The notes below the pieces were generated by a model that had not been told where the DNA came from, searched no databases, and saw only the letters and a program-made list of their open reading frames with translations. Positions 1 through 10,005 of a stretch of DNA of 64,000 bases are shown here, in pieces. Position 1 is the stretch's first letter, and each line of letters starts with the position of its first letter. Origin of the DNA: Minisyncoccota bacterium (lineage in GTDB: Bacteria > Patescibacteriota > Minisyncoccia > Phycocordibacterales > JABAAK01). A program made the position numbers and the translations under genes. The stretch covers positions 4,864 through 68,863 of the forward strand of contig OZ244141.1 in assembly GCA_965216295.1 (NCBI GenBank). Direction: 5' to 3'.

Positions 1-56
1 AACCTACGACCTCTGCATTATCAGTGCAGTGCTCTAACCAGCTGAGCTACATTCGC
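1..56 (-). tRNA. tRNA-Ile(GAU), 3' end cut off by window edge
   Basis: Minus strand reads GCGAATG-TA-GCTC-AGCTGGTTA-GAGC-A-CTGCA-CTGATAA-TGCAG-AGGTC-GTAGGTT: acceptor strand, D arm, and anticodon arm with GAT. Confidence 0.95.
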
Positions 57-97
57 GCAATGCAGAGCGAGTATACCATAGTGCCTCTAGCACATCA

Positions 98-3000
98 TTA
101 CAGTGCCAAACGGAATGCCTCATCACGATGATACACAGTTTGAAATGTCCCAAATGGTGCAAACCCTGGACTAAATAAAATAGTATCTTGAGACTTTGAG
201 AGTGATACTGCCCTATCAACCGCATCTTCAAGAGAGTCTACACGTATGTCGTTATCAGACAGTGCGTTAGCGATTTTGTCAGACCCAGAACCCGGTAAGA
301 GGAGTACAGTCCCATGATAGTTTTTCAATGCTTTCACAAGTGGCGCCACGGTAAACTTTTTATCAGCACCACCAAGAATAAGTACCGTTGCCTCTGGTAT
401 TGCGTTGAGTGCAGCAATGGTTGCCTGTGGTGTCGTTGCCGCACTATCGTTGTACCAAACACGATCAGTCAAACGACTAACTATCTTCTCTAATCGACCT
501 GGTAGTTTTCGCACAGAACGAAATGCTTTTTCAACAGTTGCATCTTGTATGGCAAGTTCTTCTGCAACTTTGTATGCAAGTGACGCATTGTAGAGCTGGT
601 GATCACCGCGTAACTGTACCCACGGTCGTAGATGAGGATTCATTTTTTCAACAACACGCACCCGTGCAGGAGATGGTATATCATACTGCTGTATCGCTCT
701 CTTCACAGACGCATCACATATGAGAATATCTCCTGACTTCTGAAACGCATAGCTGTTCGCCATGTCTGTAAAGTAGGATGCACTATCACCCTGATAGTAA
801 TCCATATAGTTATCAGCAAAATTGGTAAAGACACTGATGGTGGGACTCATCTTGGTAGTACCAAATCCTTGCAACTGCCATGCATCAAGTTCAAAGACAG
901 CAATAGAATCAGGTTCTATTGATTCAAATAATTGTAAATTAGAAATCCCTTTTTTGTTCCCACCAGACAACACCTTCTTTGTACCAAACGCACTACGACA
1001 GAGTGCTTCTACAAACGCTGTAACCGTTGACTTCCCTTCGGTACCAGTAATGCCGATAACACGAATACCCGCATGCTGTGCAAAAAATGCAGCACTCATA
1101 ATAATGGGGATTCCTGCCTTTCGTGCAGCGGCAAGGTAGATGTTATCTTTGGGCACTGCAGCGGCAGTGAGTATAAAATCAGCACTGACAAAGTCTTCCA
1201 CTGCATGACCTCCAAGACGAAATGTAATGTTTTTGTAACGACGGAGTGGTTCTACCGATTCAGTGAGTATATCGTACCCTTGTAGATCTGTGACGAGAAC
1301 GTGTGCACCTGCACGTGCCAACCAGGCAATGTCTCCTGCTTGTCTGCCGAGCGTCCCTAATCCCATAACAACTACCTTTCTATCTTTAAAAAAACGGTAT
1401 GGATCAAAATGAAGTTGCCACTGTGTCACCGTCTTACCACCAGTGACAAGTGTTGGAGTAAAAACATGCGTAGCGCTTTTTTGAACCTCGTGCTGTTTCA
1501 TCGGTGGTGCACTACGTTCTTGCCCTCTTCTGTCCTTCTCTGGTATCTTTTTTTTCTCGTATGATGATATCTCTTCTGGTATCCTTTTTTTCTCGTGTGT
1601 TGTTGTCTCCTGAATGATTTTTGGTTTTGGACCGGGTATGAGTGGTTTCTGAGGGTGTATGTGAACTACCGTATCCTTTTTGTTTGGACCGGGTATGAGT
1701 GGTTTCTGAGGATGTGTGTGAACTACCGTATCCCTTTTAAAAGGTTGTTTTTTTTTCTGATGATGCGGTGGTGGTGGTGTGTGTGTCTTTACATCAGCAA
1801 GAGAAACCCAGTCACTATTTGTCGGAGCAGGAGGAGGTGGAGCAAGTTTTGGTTTCTGTTCTAAAGGAGTCTGTGTTGCTGCTTCTTGTTGCATCGACTT
1901 CAAGACGCTTGCAAGACTATTCCCAGCACTTGCTGGTGGGGCTTTCTGTTCCTCCTTCCGAGGAGGAGGAGGAGCACCGTTATGTATATTATTCCGTTGG
2001 GGAACCCCTTTTTCATTTTTCTCATGAAAAGGAGCACCTCTAGTTACTCCCTGCCCATCATTGCCACCCCCTTTCTTGTCAGAGAAACTTCGATGATTAC
2101 CATTGCCAGACGGTGGACCGTTACGAGAAAAATTATTCCTTCCACTTCCACCTCCTTTACCACCCCCCTTACCACTACTTGCTATCTCCTGCCAATCTTT
2201 TTGAAGACTCTCTCCTATGCGTCCTTCAACGTCCTCACGCGCTGTCCCGTACTGCTCCCTGGATTGTCGTAAAACATTCTCTCGTTGTGAATCTGCAGGG
2301 TGTTGAGGAGGAGCGACGGTATATGCAGAGAATGGACGAGAACCAGCGTTATCAATGTTAAGAACGAGGTACATGTGGTAGCGTGGTAGCGCGATAAGAT
2401 CTTCTTGCTTGAAGACAGGGGTAAATTGTTTCTCTACCAACTCTGCATCAAGTGGACCAATACGAAAAGTGATGAGTGTTCCAACGTTACCAAACACAGC
2501 ATCCCGCACCATCTCATCAAGTTGTGCAATATACTGATGTGCCATAACGAGGTTTAATTTGTATTTTCGTGCCTCTGAGAGTATCTCTGCAAACGTACTG
2601 CTGGCAAATGATTGAAACTCATCAACATAAAAGTTCGATGGTGGAAGTGCTTCACGCTCTTTACTCTCTAAATCAGCACGGGAAAGTGTCGCAAGATACA
2701 ATTTCGTTGAAAAAAGAACACCCAAGAGTCTCGCATTTGTATCACCAATAGTTCCTTTGGATAGGTTGATAAGGAGTATCTTTCTGGTATCAATCACATC
2801 ACGAAAACTGAAAGCAGATTTTGGTTGACCAATAATATTACGAATCAATGGGTTTGAGGTAAACTGTCCAATCTTGTTTTGAATCGCAGGTGTTGCCTCA
2901 GCAGAGTACCGATCTGTATATCGAGCAAAATCACCACGCCAGTATGACCGTACCTGTGGATCTTTCACTGCATCGATAACTCGTTCACGGAAATCTTTGT

Positions 3001-3490
3001 TCGTGTACATGCGACCAACATCAAGAAGTGTTGTATCAGGATACTCAAGCAGTGCGAGAAGCGTGTTACTCAAAATGTATTCCATTCTGTCAGACCATGA
3101 TGTCTCTCCCCAAATACGACGAAAAGCGGCAATGAGGCTACTGACCACAAGGTGCCGCTTATCATACCCAACGTCCTCCATGATATTGAGAGCAATGGGA
3201 CGCTCTTGATCATGTGGCGCAAAGTAAATAGTATCATTGAGACGATCTGGAGTAATAAAATTTAAAAGACTATCAACTGCTTGACCGTGAGGGTCCATAA
3301 AAACAAGACCTCCACCATTGTTGATATCCTGTATTGCCATGTTTTCCAACAGTGTAGATTTTCCTGTCCCCGTCTGTCCGATAACATAAATATGCCGTGA
3401 GCGATCCTTCTCTTTTATCCCAAAACGAGTGGGCTTCCCTCGCCCATGCGCTTCTCCTAGGTAGGTTACTTGTTCTTCTTCAGGTATCAT
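98..3490 (-). CDS. Fusion: VirD4/TraD/HerA-like P-loop ATPase (N-terminal ~430 aa), low-complexity linker, MurD-like ligase domain (C-terminal ~430 aa)
   Basis: Walker A GQTGTGKS, DPHG, Walker B FYVDEFQ, 'LSEARKYKLNLVMAHQYIAQL...VFGNVGTLITFR'. C-terminal part has KVVVMGLG, GITGTEGKST, ELDAWQL, NDSAATT, GGADK, LFSPG. Confidence 0.85.
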   Translation of the reverse strand: MIPEEEQVTYLGEAHGRGKPTRFGIKEKDRSRHIYVIGQTGTGKSTLLENMAIQDINNGGGLVFMDPHGQAVDSLLNFITPDRLNDTIYFAPHDQERPIALNIMEDVGYDKRHLVVSSLIAAFRRIWGETSWSDRMEYILSNTLLALLEYPDTTLLDVGRMYTNKDFRERVIDAVKDPQVRSYWRGDFARYTDRYSAEATPAIQNKIGQFTSNPLIRNIIGQPKSAFSFRDVIDTRKILLINLSKGTIGDTNARLLGVLFSTKLYLATLSRADLESKEREALPPSNFYVDEFQSFASSTFAEILSEARKYKLNLVMAHQYIAQLDEMVRDAVFGNVGTLITFRIGPLDAELVEKQFTPVFKQEDLIALPRYHMYLVLNIDNAGSRPFSAYTVAPPQHPADSQRENVLRQSREQYGTAREDVEGRIGESLQKDWQEIASSGKGGGKGGGSGRNNFSRNGPPSGNGNHRSFSDKKGGGNDGQGVTRGAPFHEKNEKGVPQRNNIHNGAPPPPRKEEQKAPPASAGNSLASVLKSMQQEAATQTPLEQKPKLAPPPPAPTNSDWVSLADVKTHTPPPPHHQKKKQPFKRDTVVHTHPQKPLIPGPNKKDTVVHIHPQKPLIPGPKPKIIQETTTHEKKRIPEEISSYEKKKIPEKDRRGQERSAPPMKQHEVQKSATHVFTPTLVTGGKTVTQWQLHFDPYRFFKDRKVVVMGLGTLGRQAGDIAWLARAGAHVLVTDLQGYDILTESVEPLRRYKNITFRLGGHAVEDFVSADFILTAAAVPKDNIYLAAARKAGIPIIMSAAFFAQHAGIRVIGITGTEGKSTVTAFVEALCRSAFGTKKVLSGGNKKGISNLQLFESIEPDSIAVFELDAWQLQGFGTTKMSPTISVFTNFADNYMDYYQGDSASYFTDMANSYAFQKSGDILICDASVKRAIQQYDIPSPARVRVVEKMNPHLRPWVQLRGDHQLYNASLAYKVAEELAIQDATVEKAFRSVRKLPGRLEKIVSRLTDRVWYNDSAATTPQATIAALNAIPEATVLILGGADKKFTVAPLVKALKNYHGTVLLLPGSGSDKIANALSDNDIRVDSLEDAVDRAVSLSKSQDTILFSPGFAPFGTFQTVYHRDEAFRLAL
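1626..1739. repeat. Two-copy 57-bp tandem repeat in the fusion linker (KxDTVVHxHPQKPLIPGP)
   Basis: tttggaccgggtatgagtggtttctgagg... begins at 1626 and 1683. A shorter 36-bp-period repeat (EKKxIPE) lies at ~1537-1596. Confidence 0.9.
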
Positions 3491-3663
3491 ATCGTCTCTT
3501 TGTCTAGTGTTTCTGTATCTTCTGATCGTAGCATGCGATTACCAGCAATAATTGCCAACAGAAGACCGATGGAAAACACAATCCACTCCTCCCATCGTGA
3601 ATAGCCACCGATAAAGGGTATGAGTAATAAAACAAGACTAACAATAAAAACAAATCGTTCCAT
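3487..3663 (-). CDS. Small two-TM membrane protein, 58 aa (not in ORF track)
   Basis: MERFVFIVSLVLLLIPFIGGYSRWEEWIVFSIGLLLAIIAGNRMLRSEDTETLDKETI*. TATAAT 9 nt upstream; stop overlaps the next start (ATGA at 3490-3487). Confidence 0.8.
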   Translation of the reverse strand: MERFVFIVSLVLLLIPFIGGYSRWEEWIVFSIGLLLAIIAGNRMLRSEDTETLDKETI

Positions 3664-3711
3664 GGTGAAGCAATTATACCCCTTTTTTCAGGGAACCGCA
3701 TAGTCAATAAA

Positions 3712-3762
3712 CATACTATAAATCACAACCGTGAGTACAACACTTTCTTTTGCCCCACTTAT
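3712..3762 (-). other. 3' arm of pre-16S processing stem (pairs with ~5372-5440)
   Basis: Trailer ATAAGTGGGGCAAAAGAAAGTGTTGTAC...GGTTGTGATTTATAGTATG is complementary to leader CATTACTATAAACATCACAACC...GTACAACATTTTCTCTTGCTCCACTTAT. Confidence 0.8.
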
Positions 3763-3904
3763 CCCTAGTATCGACAATCTAGGGGTGCCGTGTACGGTTT
3801 ACAGACCAGTACAATCGTCCTACCCAAGTGTGAAACACTCGGGTAACTGACCATTCCTCACAGTATCTATATCAAAAAGATAAAAATGCTGTCAGGCAGT
3901 ATTC

Positions 3905-5368
<1,464 letters not shown>

Positions 5369-5519
5369 ATAATAAGTGGAGCAAGAGAAAATGTTGTACA
5401 ACAATCTCTTGCGATTGTGGTTGTGATGTTTATAGTAATGACTGTAAAAAAACAAAAACAAACCAGCGACTGCATTGCAGACGCTCAGAGACAACAACGG
5501 AAAGCCTGTTACCGTTAGT

Positions 5520-5549
5520 AGTATACCGTGAAGCATTAATAATATGCAA
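5520..5549 (-). promoter_or_regulatory. Sigma70-type promoter for 16S rRNA
   Basis: TTGCAT (5549-5544), 18-nt spacer, TATACT (5525-5520), upstream of the 16S leader. Confidence 0.7.
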
Positions 5550-5561
5550 GGAAAGAAAGGG

Positions 5562-6584
5562 TTATATCACATCAACACCATGCAGTCGATTGCGCAATCG
5601 CAACTCTGCTTGTTCTAAATCACTTCTCTCACTAATATCGGTATCTTTCTTTTGCGGAAAAAATCTATGCCAGAGAACTAGCAGTGATGAAGCAAAGAAA
5701 AGTGATGAGTACGTACCTGCCACAATACCAATGAAGAGCGTGAGTGCAAACCATTGTGTTACTGGTACAAAGTAGACAATGAGAGCAAGTGGTATGACCG
5801 TTGATAGTGATGTGTACACAGAACGACGAAGACTTTGTCGAACACCTTTAGAGACAGTATCTTCAAAATGTTCTGCCCGTTTCTCTTGTTGCAGTATTGT
5901 AAGACGCTCACGAATACGATCAAAGACAACAATAGTATCGTTAATTGAATATCCGAGTATAGCAAGCAGTGCTGTGACAAAGAGAACATCAATAGCAACA
6001 TCAGTGAAAAGACCAAGAAGAGAGAATATGCCAATAGGAACCATAACATCGTGGAGCAATGCAATCGTTGCAACAACACCATACTTCCACGAACTCATTG
6101 GTCGAGAGACATTCCGAAAGGCAAATCCAACAAAGAGAATGATGATGAATGAAGCGATAACAATAGCAAGGATAGATCGACGGATGAGTTCCTGACTGAT
6201 GGTTGGTGAGAACGATTCAAAAGAGATGACGGTATAGGTAGCAAACGCCTCAGTGAAAACACTATCAAGTGCCAAATAAACATCTTCTGAAATAGCTGGT
6301 GCTGAGAGGGTAAAAGTGTCTTCGCTTTCTTTAATAGAGATGGTTTCCAGTACCTCTTGCACATTTTCCTCTGCAGAAGAGCTCCTCAGCGCTCTTTCCA
6401 CCGAAGCAGATACTGTTCCTTCTGGTAATTGAATAACTAAGCGTGAACTTCCTGAGAACTCTGGGGCAAGATTAGGACCTATCACCACCAAAGCAATGAT
6501 GGAGAGAATAATAATACTAACACCGATACTTGCGTGTGTGATTGTGTGTTTTTTAATCATAAATACTATTGTGTTGCAATCCAC
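5562..6584 (-). CDS. secF: Protein translocase subunit SecF (start possibly 6560)
   Basis: EFSGSS, 'FSPTISQEL', 'ALLHDV', 'GYSINDTIVVFDRIRE', 'GTYSSLF'; follows secD. Confidence 0.96.
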   Translation of the reverse strand: MDCNTIVFMIKKHTITHASIGVSIIILSIIALVVIGPNLAPEFSGSSRLVIQLPEGTVSASVERALRSSSAEENVQEVLETISIKESEDTFTLSAPAISEDVYLALDSVFTEAFATYTVISFESFSPTISQELIRRSILAIVIASFIIILFVGFAFRNVSRPMSSWKYGVVATIALLHDVMVPIGIFSLLGLFTDVAIDVLFVTALLAILGYSINDTIVVFDRIRERLTILQQEKRAEHFEDTVSKGVRQSLRRSVYTSLSTVIPLALIVYFVPVTQWFALTLFIGIVAGTYSSLFFASSLLVLWHRFFPQKKDTDISERSDLEQAELRLRNRLHGVDVI

Positions 6585-7873
6585 TTATTCACCACCTTTG
6601 GCAAGTGTCTCGCGAGAAGTCGCAGGAGGAGTCGTGAAATCCAGTATGCCGAAAGCATGCTAACGATAATACCAAGAGCAAAGGTAAACGCAAACCCTTT
6701 CACAATTGATGTACCAAACCAGAATAAGAGAAGTGCAATGATGATACTTGAGAGATTGGCATCACGGATAGAATTCCAAGCACGTACGAATCCTCGTTCA
6801 ACAGCATCGGTAAACGAAGAACCCTTCCGTAACTCTTCACGCATTCTCTCAAAGATAAGCACATTCGCATCAACGGCAAAACCAACCGACATAATAAAAC
6901 CAGCAAGACCAGCAGCGGTCAAGACAACCGGTATCACCTTGAAAAGTGCAATCATGATGACGAGATATGCACTTAATGCAATAGCAGTTAAAAGACCAAC
7001 AGCACGATACACAAAAATGAGGAAAAGAACGATAAGGAGTATTGCAATAAATCCAGCTTTGATACTCAACGATAATGTCTCTGCACCAAGTGTTGGATTC
7101 ACGGTTCGTGTCTCCGATAGCACAATTGGTAATGGTAGTGCCCCATCATTCAAATTGGCAGCAAGATCTTTTGCTCCCTGTAAGTCAAAGGCTCCTGAAA
7201 TCTGTGTCGTCCCCCCAGGGATTGCCTCTCGTATTTGTGGTGTGGATATGGGAACACCGTCTAAGAAAATACCCAGCACGCTCCCAACATTATCACGCGT
7301 TACTGTTGCAAAATTCTTTCTCCCCTCACTATCAAATGTCAGAAGGACAGCAGGCTCATTACTCAGTGCTCCTCCAGGACCAGGAAGAAATTGCACCTCA
7401 GCACCAACTACATTACCACCAGTCACCGGTATATCCTTGTAAGTACGAGATGCTTCATCGTATAACTTGAATTCCAAAAATGGTGTCTTCCCTATCTGTC
7501 GTATTGCTTCACTAATATCGGTCACACCAGGCAAATCAATGCCGAGGCGATAGTGTTGTGGCAGACCAGTCAGTGCTGAACTACGAACGGTATATACCGA
7601 CGCTTCAGAAACACCCAATGAGTTAACACGCCTTTCAATAACCTTTTTCAATCCATTAACCCTATCAACAACAACACCCTTTGGTGGAATAACTGATGTA
7701 TCAATGGTATAGAGTAACGACGCACCCCCTGCCAGATCTAAACCAACAGCGAGAGGCTTTTCTTCGTTACCACTGACGTGAATACCAAGGAGTGTGGTAC
7801 CAATGGCAAGAATACCAACATATAGATACAGCACAACCCGCTTCGACCAAACACCTTGCCAGAGACTACCCAT
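6566..7873 (-). CDS. secD: Protein translocase subunit SecD
   Basis: GLDLAGG, 'IERRVNSLGVSE', 'GALPLP', 'AVDANVLIFERMREE', 'KGFAFT'. Confidence 0.97.
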   Translation of the reverse strand: MGSLWQGVWSKRVVLYLYVGILAIGTTLLGIHVSGNEEKPLAVGLDLAGGASLLYTIDTSVIPPKGVVVDRVNGLKKVIERRVNSLGVSEASVYTVRSSALTGLPQHYRLGIDLPGVTDISEAIRQIGKTPFLEFKLYDEASRTYKDIPVTGGNVVGAEVQFLPGPGGALSNEPAVLLTFDSEGRKNFATVTRDNVGSVLGIFLDGVPISTPQIREAIPGGTTQISGAFDLQGAKDLAANLNDGALPLPIVLSETRTVNPTLGAETLSLSIKAGFIAILLIVLFLIFVYRAVGLLTAIALSAYLVIMIALFKVIPVVLTAAGLAGFIMSVGFAVDANVLIFERMREELRKGSSFTDAVERGFVRAWNSIRDANLSSIIIALLLFWFGTSIVKGFAFTFALGIIVSMLSAYWISRLLLRLLARHLPKVVNKWIATQ

Positions 7874-7899
7874 GTCAGCACAGTATACACCTTTCCCCC

Positions 7900-9012
7900 C
7901 TATTCACGAATAATCCGTGTTTTATCCACTCGTATTAATCGACATCGCTTTGCCATACTCATCACAATACCAATCAAGAATGCTGATGCAACAAGGTGTG
8001 ACCCACCGTAACTAACAAATGGTAGTGTGATGCCAGTGACTGGTAAGACACCAGTGTTGACACCGATGTGTAAAATAAAGTGAGAGAATATGAGTCCAGC
8101 AGCACCAGTAACAAAGAGTGTTTCAAAATTAGTACGTCCTCGATAGGCGATATAGAGAAGTTGCGTTAAAATAATGCCAAACAACAAAAAGAGTAATGTC
8201 ACACCAATAAAACCCCATTCTTCAGCAAAGGCTGCAAAGATGAAATCAGATTCGTAGAGCGGTAAAAATTGCAATTTCGATTGAGTTCCCTCACCGACAC
8301 CCTTACCGAGCAATTCGCCTGAACCAACAGCAACTCGGGATTGGTATGCGTTGTACCCGGTTGTTTCAAGATTAGCGAGTGGATCAAGGAATGAACTGAT
8401 ACGATCTTGTTGGTAAGTCGGAAGAAACTGCCAACTTACCGCCGAAAAGGCAAACCCTATAATAATGAGTCCAAAGAGGTGTTTTTTGGAAACACCAGAG
8501 ACGAGAATCATAAAAAACCAAATACCCAACAGCACTGCAGATGAGCCAAAATCAGGTTGTACGAACACCAAAGCAGCAAGAATCCCTGTCAATAAGAGTG
8601 AAATGATAACGTTACGAATATGACGGATATGTATATGCCGTGTCGCAAAGTATCGCGCAAGGATAAAGATAAGGATGATTTTAACAAAATCAACTGGTTG
8701 TACATTAAAAGGTCCTACGACAAACCAGCTGTGTGCCCCATTTATCGTTGGAGCAAAAAATAAGAGACTGACAAGAACAAGAACAGCAAAAAAATAGAGA
8801 ACAAGAGGAAGCAAGGGTCCTCGAAGTGCACTGTACGAGAAATAAGAAGTCACCACAATGGTAACAATACTCAAAGTGACAAATAAGAGTTGTTTAGAAA
8901 AAAGTGCTCCCTCAAACTCATTGATGGGATACATAGTTACCAAACCAATACCGTAGAGGATGAGTATCGGGACGAGCAATGACCAATCAATACCTTGCAG
9001 ATACTGTCGCAT
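7900..9012 (-). CDS. rodA: SEDS-family peptidoglycan glycosyltransferase RodA/FtsW
   Basis: 'NGAHSW', 'VQPVDFVK', 'QPDFGS', 'GYNAYQS..AVGSGELLGKG', 'SDFIFA..AEEWG', 'PVTGITLPFVSYGGS'. Confidence 0.93.
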   Translation of the reverse strand: MRQYLQGIDWSLLVPILILYGIGLVTMYPINEFEGALFSKQLLFVTLSIVTIVVTSYFSYSALRGPLLPLVLYFFAVLVLVSLLFFAPTINGAHSWFVVGPFNVQPVDFVKIILIFILARYFATRHIHIRHIRNVIISLLLTGILAALVFVQPDFGSSAVLLGIWFFMILVSGVSKKHLFGLIIIGFAFSAVSWQFLPTYQQDRISSFLDPLANLETTGYNAYQSRVAVGSGELLGKGVGEGTQSKLQFLPLYESDFIFAAFAEEWGFIGVTLLFLLFGIILTQLLYIAYRGRTNFETLFVTGAAGLIFSHFILHIGVNTGVLPVTGITLPFVSYGGSHLVASAFLIGIVMSMAKRCRLIRVDKTRIIRE

Positions 9013-9015
9013 ATG

Positions 9016-9822
9016 CTACCTATCAATTGCCTGCACAGGCACCACTTCCATACGTGTCGGTTGCCGATCACACACACCAGCACCAGCAATACAATCACCG
9101 GTATTTAATTCGAATGGCTTAATCCAAGTATAGTAAATAGGCATGGACTCACCTGGTTGTAGATTTTCATGGTAGGTTCTCGAAGCAGCAATGGCATTGT
9201 CATCCCCATCAAAGATAATCGCAACAAAGTACATATAGCGCAATGGTACCGTTCCCGTGTTTGTCACCACCGCCTCTGCCCGTGGTTCCGTATCCCAGTG
9301 AGTAACCTTTTTATCACTCACAGCAATGTTGTATTGGTATTGTGTTTTCTGTAAAACAGGTTTCTGAAGAAGGCGAAAGTTTGTATTTGCTACTACCTGC
9401 CCACCAGTAGATATGTGCGGAACAAATACTACCGTACCACCGTTTGGCATGATAAATGTTTGAGAGGATGCACGATCAATTCTTCTCCCTTTCTCGTTAT
9501 AGATGTTGAATTCAAAAGGGACATTGGTAGCGGCACGATCTTCGTTCTGATTATCTATATACGCGGCGATAGCATACAAGCCATCGGTGAGTTTGAAAGA
9601 GCGAGCCCAAAGTGTTTTTACCGGAACAATCCCAAACTCACAGGCAATAGGACAGCTTCCCCCACAATCAACACCAACCTCATCTTGATTCTGCGTCCTA
9701 TCAGTACACGATGGCTCAACATGGAGCGTTAAGAATATACCGTATGAGATAAGAGCAGCGACCAGGATAAATAATCCCAACTGAATAGTAATCTTCCTTT
9801 TCTGAGCCCAGTACGATGCCAT
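9016..9822 (-). CDS. Membrane-anchored extracellular protein with Cys-rich motif and FxLYD-like Ig domains
   Basis: N-terminal TM helix; CTDRTQNQDEVGVDCGGSCPIAC; 'FNIYNEKG' and 'AIIFDGDDNAIAASRT..ENLQPGE'. Confidence 0.65.
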   Translation of the reverse strand: MASYWAQKRKITIQLGLFILVAALISYGIFLTLHVEPSCTDRTQNQDEVGVDCGGSCPIACEFGIVPVKTLWARSFKLTDGLYAIAAYIDNQNEDRAATNVPFEFNIYNEKGRRIDRASSQTFIMPNGGTVVFVPHISTGGQVVANTNFRLLQKPVLQKTQYQYNIAVSDKKVTHWDTEPRAEAVVTNTGTVPLRYMYFVAIIFDGDDNAIAASRTYHENLQPGESMPIYYTWIKPFELNTGDCIAGAGVCDRQPTRMEVVPVQAIDR

Positions 9823-9868
9823 ACAGTATCATTGTATAGTACGGTACCATGTATACAAGATAGCGAGT

Positions 9869-10000
9869 ATGGAACAATTTTGGAAAGGACTTTGTATTGG
9901 CCTCTTTTGTATTGGAGCGCTATGGTTCTTCGTTGGTTTCGGTGCTTTCGATATACTCTGCTTTGGAGACGATAAATGCGTGCTCCCCATCTCTACGTAG
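9869..10000 (+). CDS. Putative small membrane protein, 43 aa (not in ORF track)
   Basis: MEQFWKGLCIGLFCIGALWFFVGFGAFDILCFGDDKCVLPIST*; fills the 9823-10005 gap in a gene-dense region. Confidence 0.55.
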   Translation: MEQFWKGLCIGLFCIGALWFFVGFGAFDILCFGDDKCVLPIST

Positions 10001-10005
10001 TGCCT

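Noticed and set aside
98-3490. Conjugative element around the VirD4-like gene
   Set aside because: No relaxase, VirB genes or integrase nearby; the context is core chromosome.
3504-3707. 67-aa ORF in the track
   Set aside because: The alternative frame 3487-3663 has a -10 box, a clean TM hairpin and an ATGA overlap.
3790-3812. tRNA-Tyr-like loop CTGTAAA in the 16S trailer
   Set aside because: No acceptor stem or T arm.
6534-7442. 302-aa plus-strand ORF, and similarly 57295-58137
   Set aside because: Antisense to the well-conserved secD and ftsH genes.
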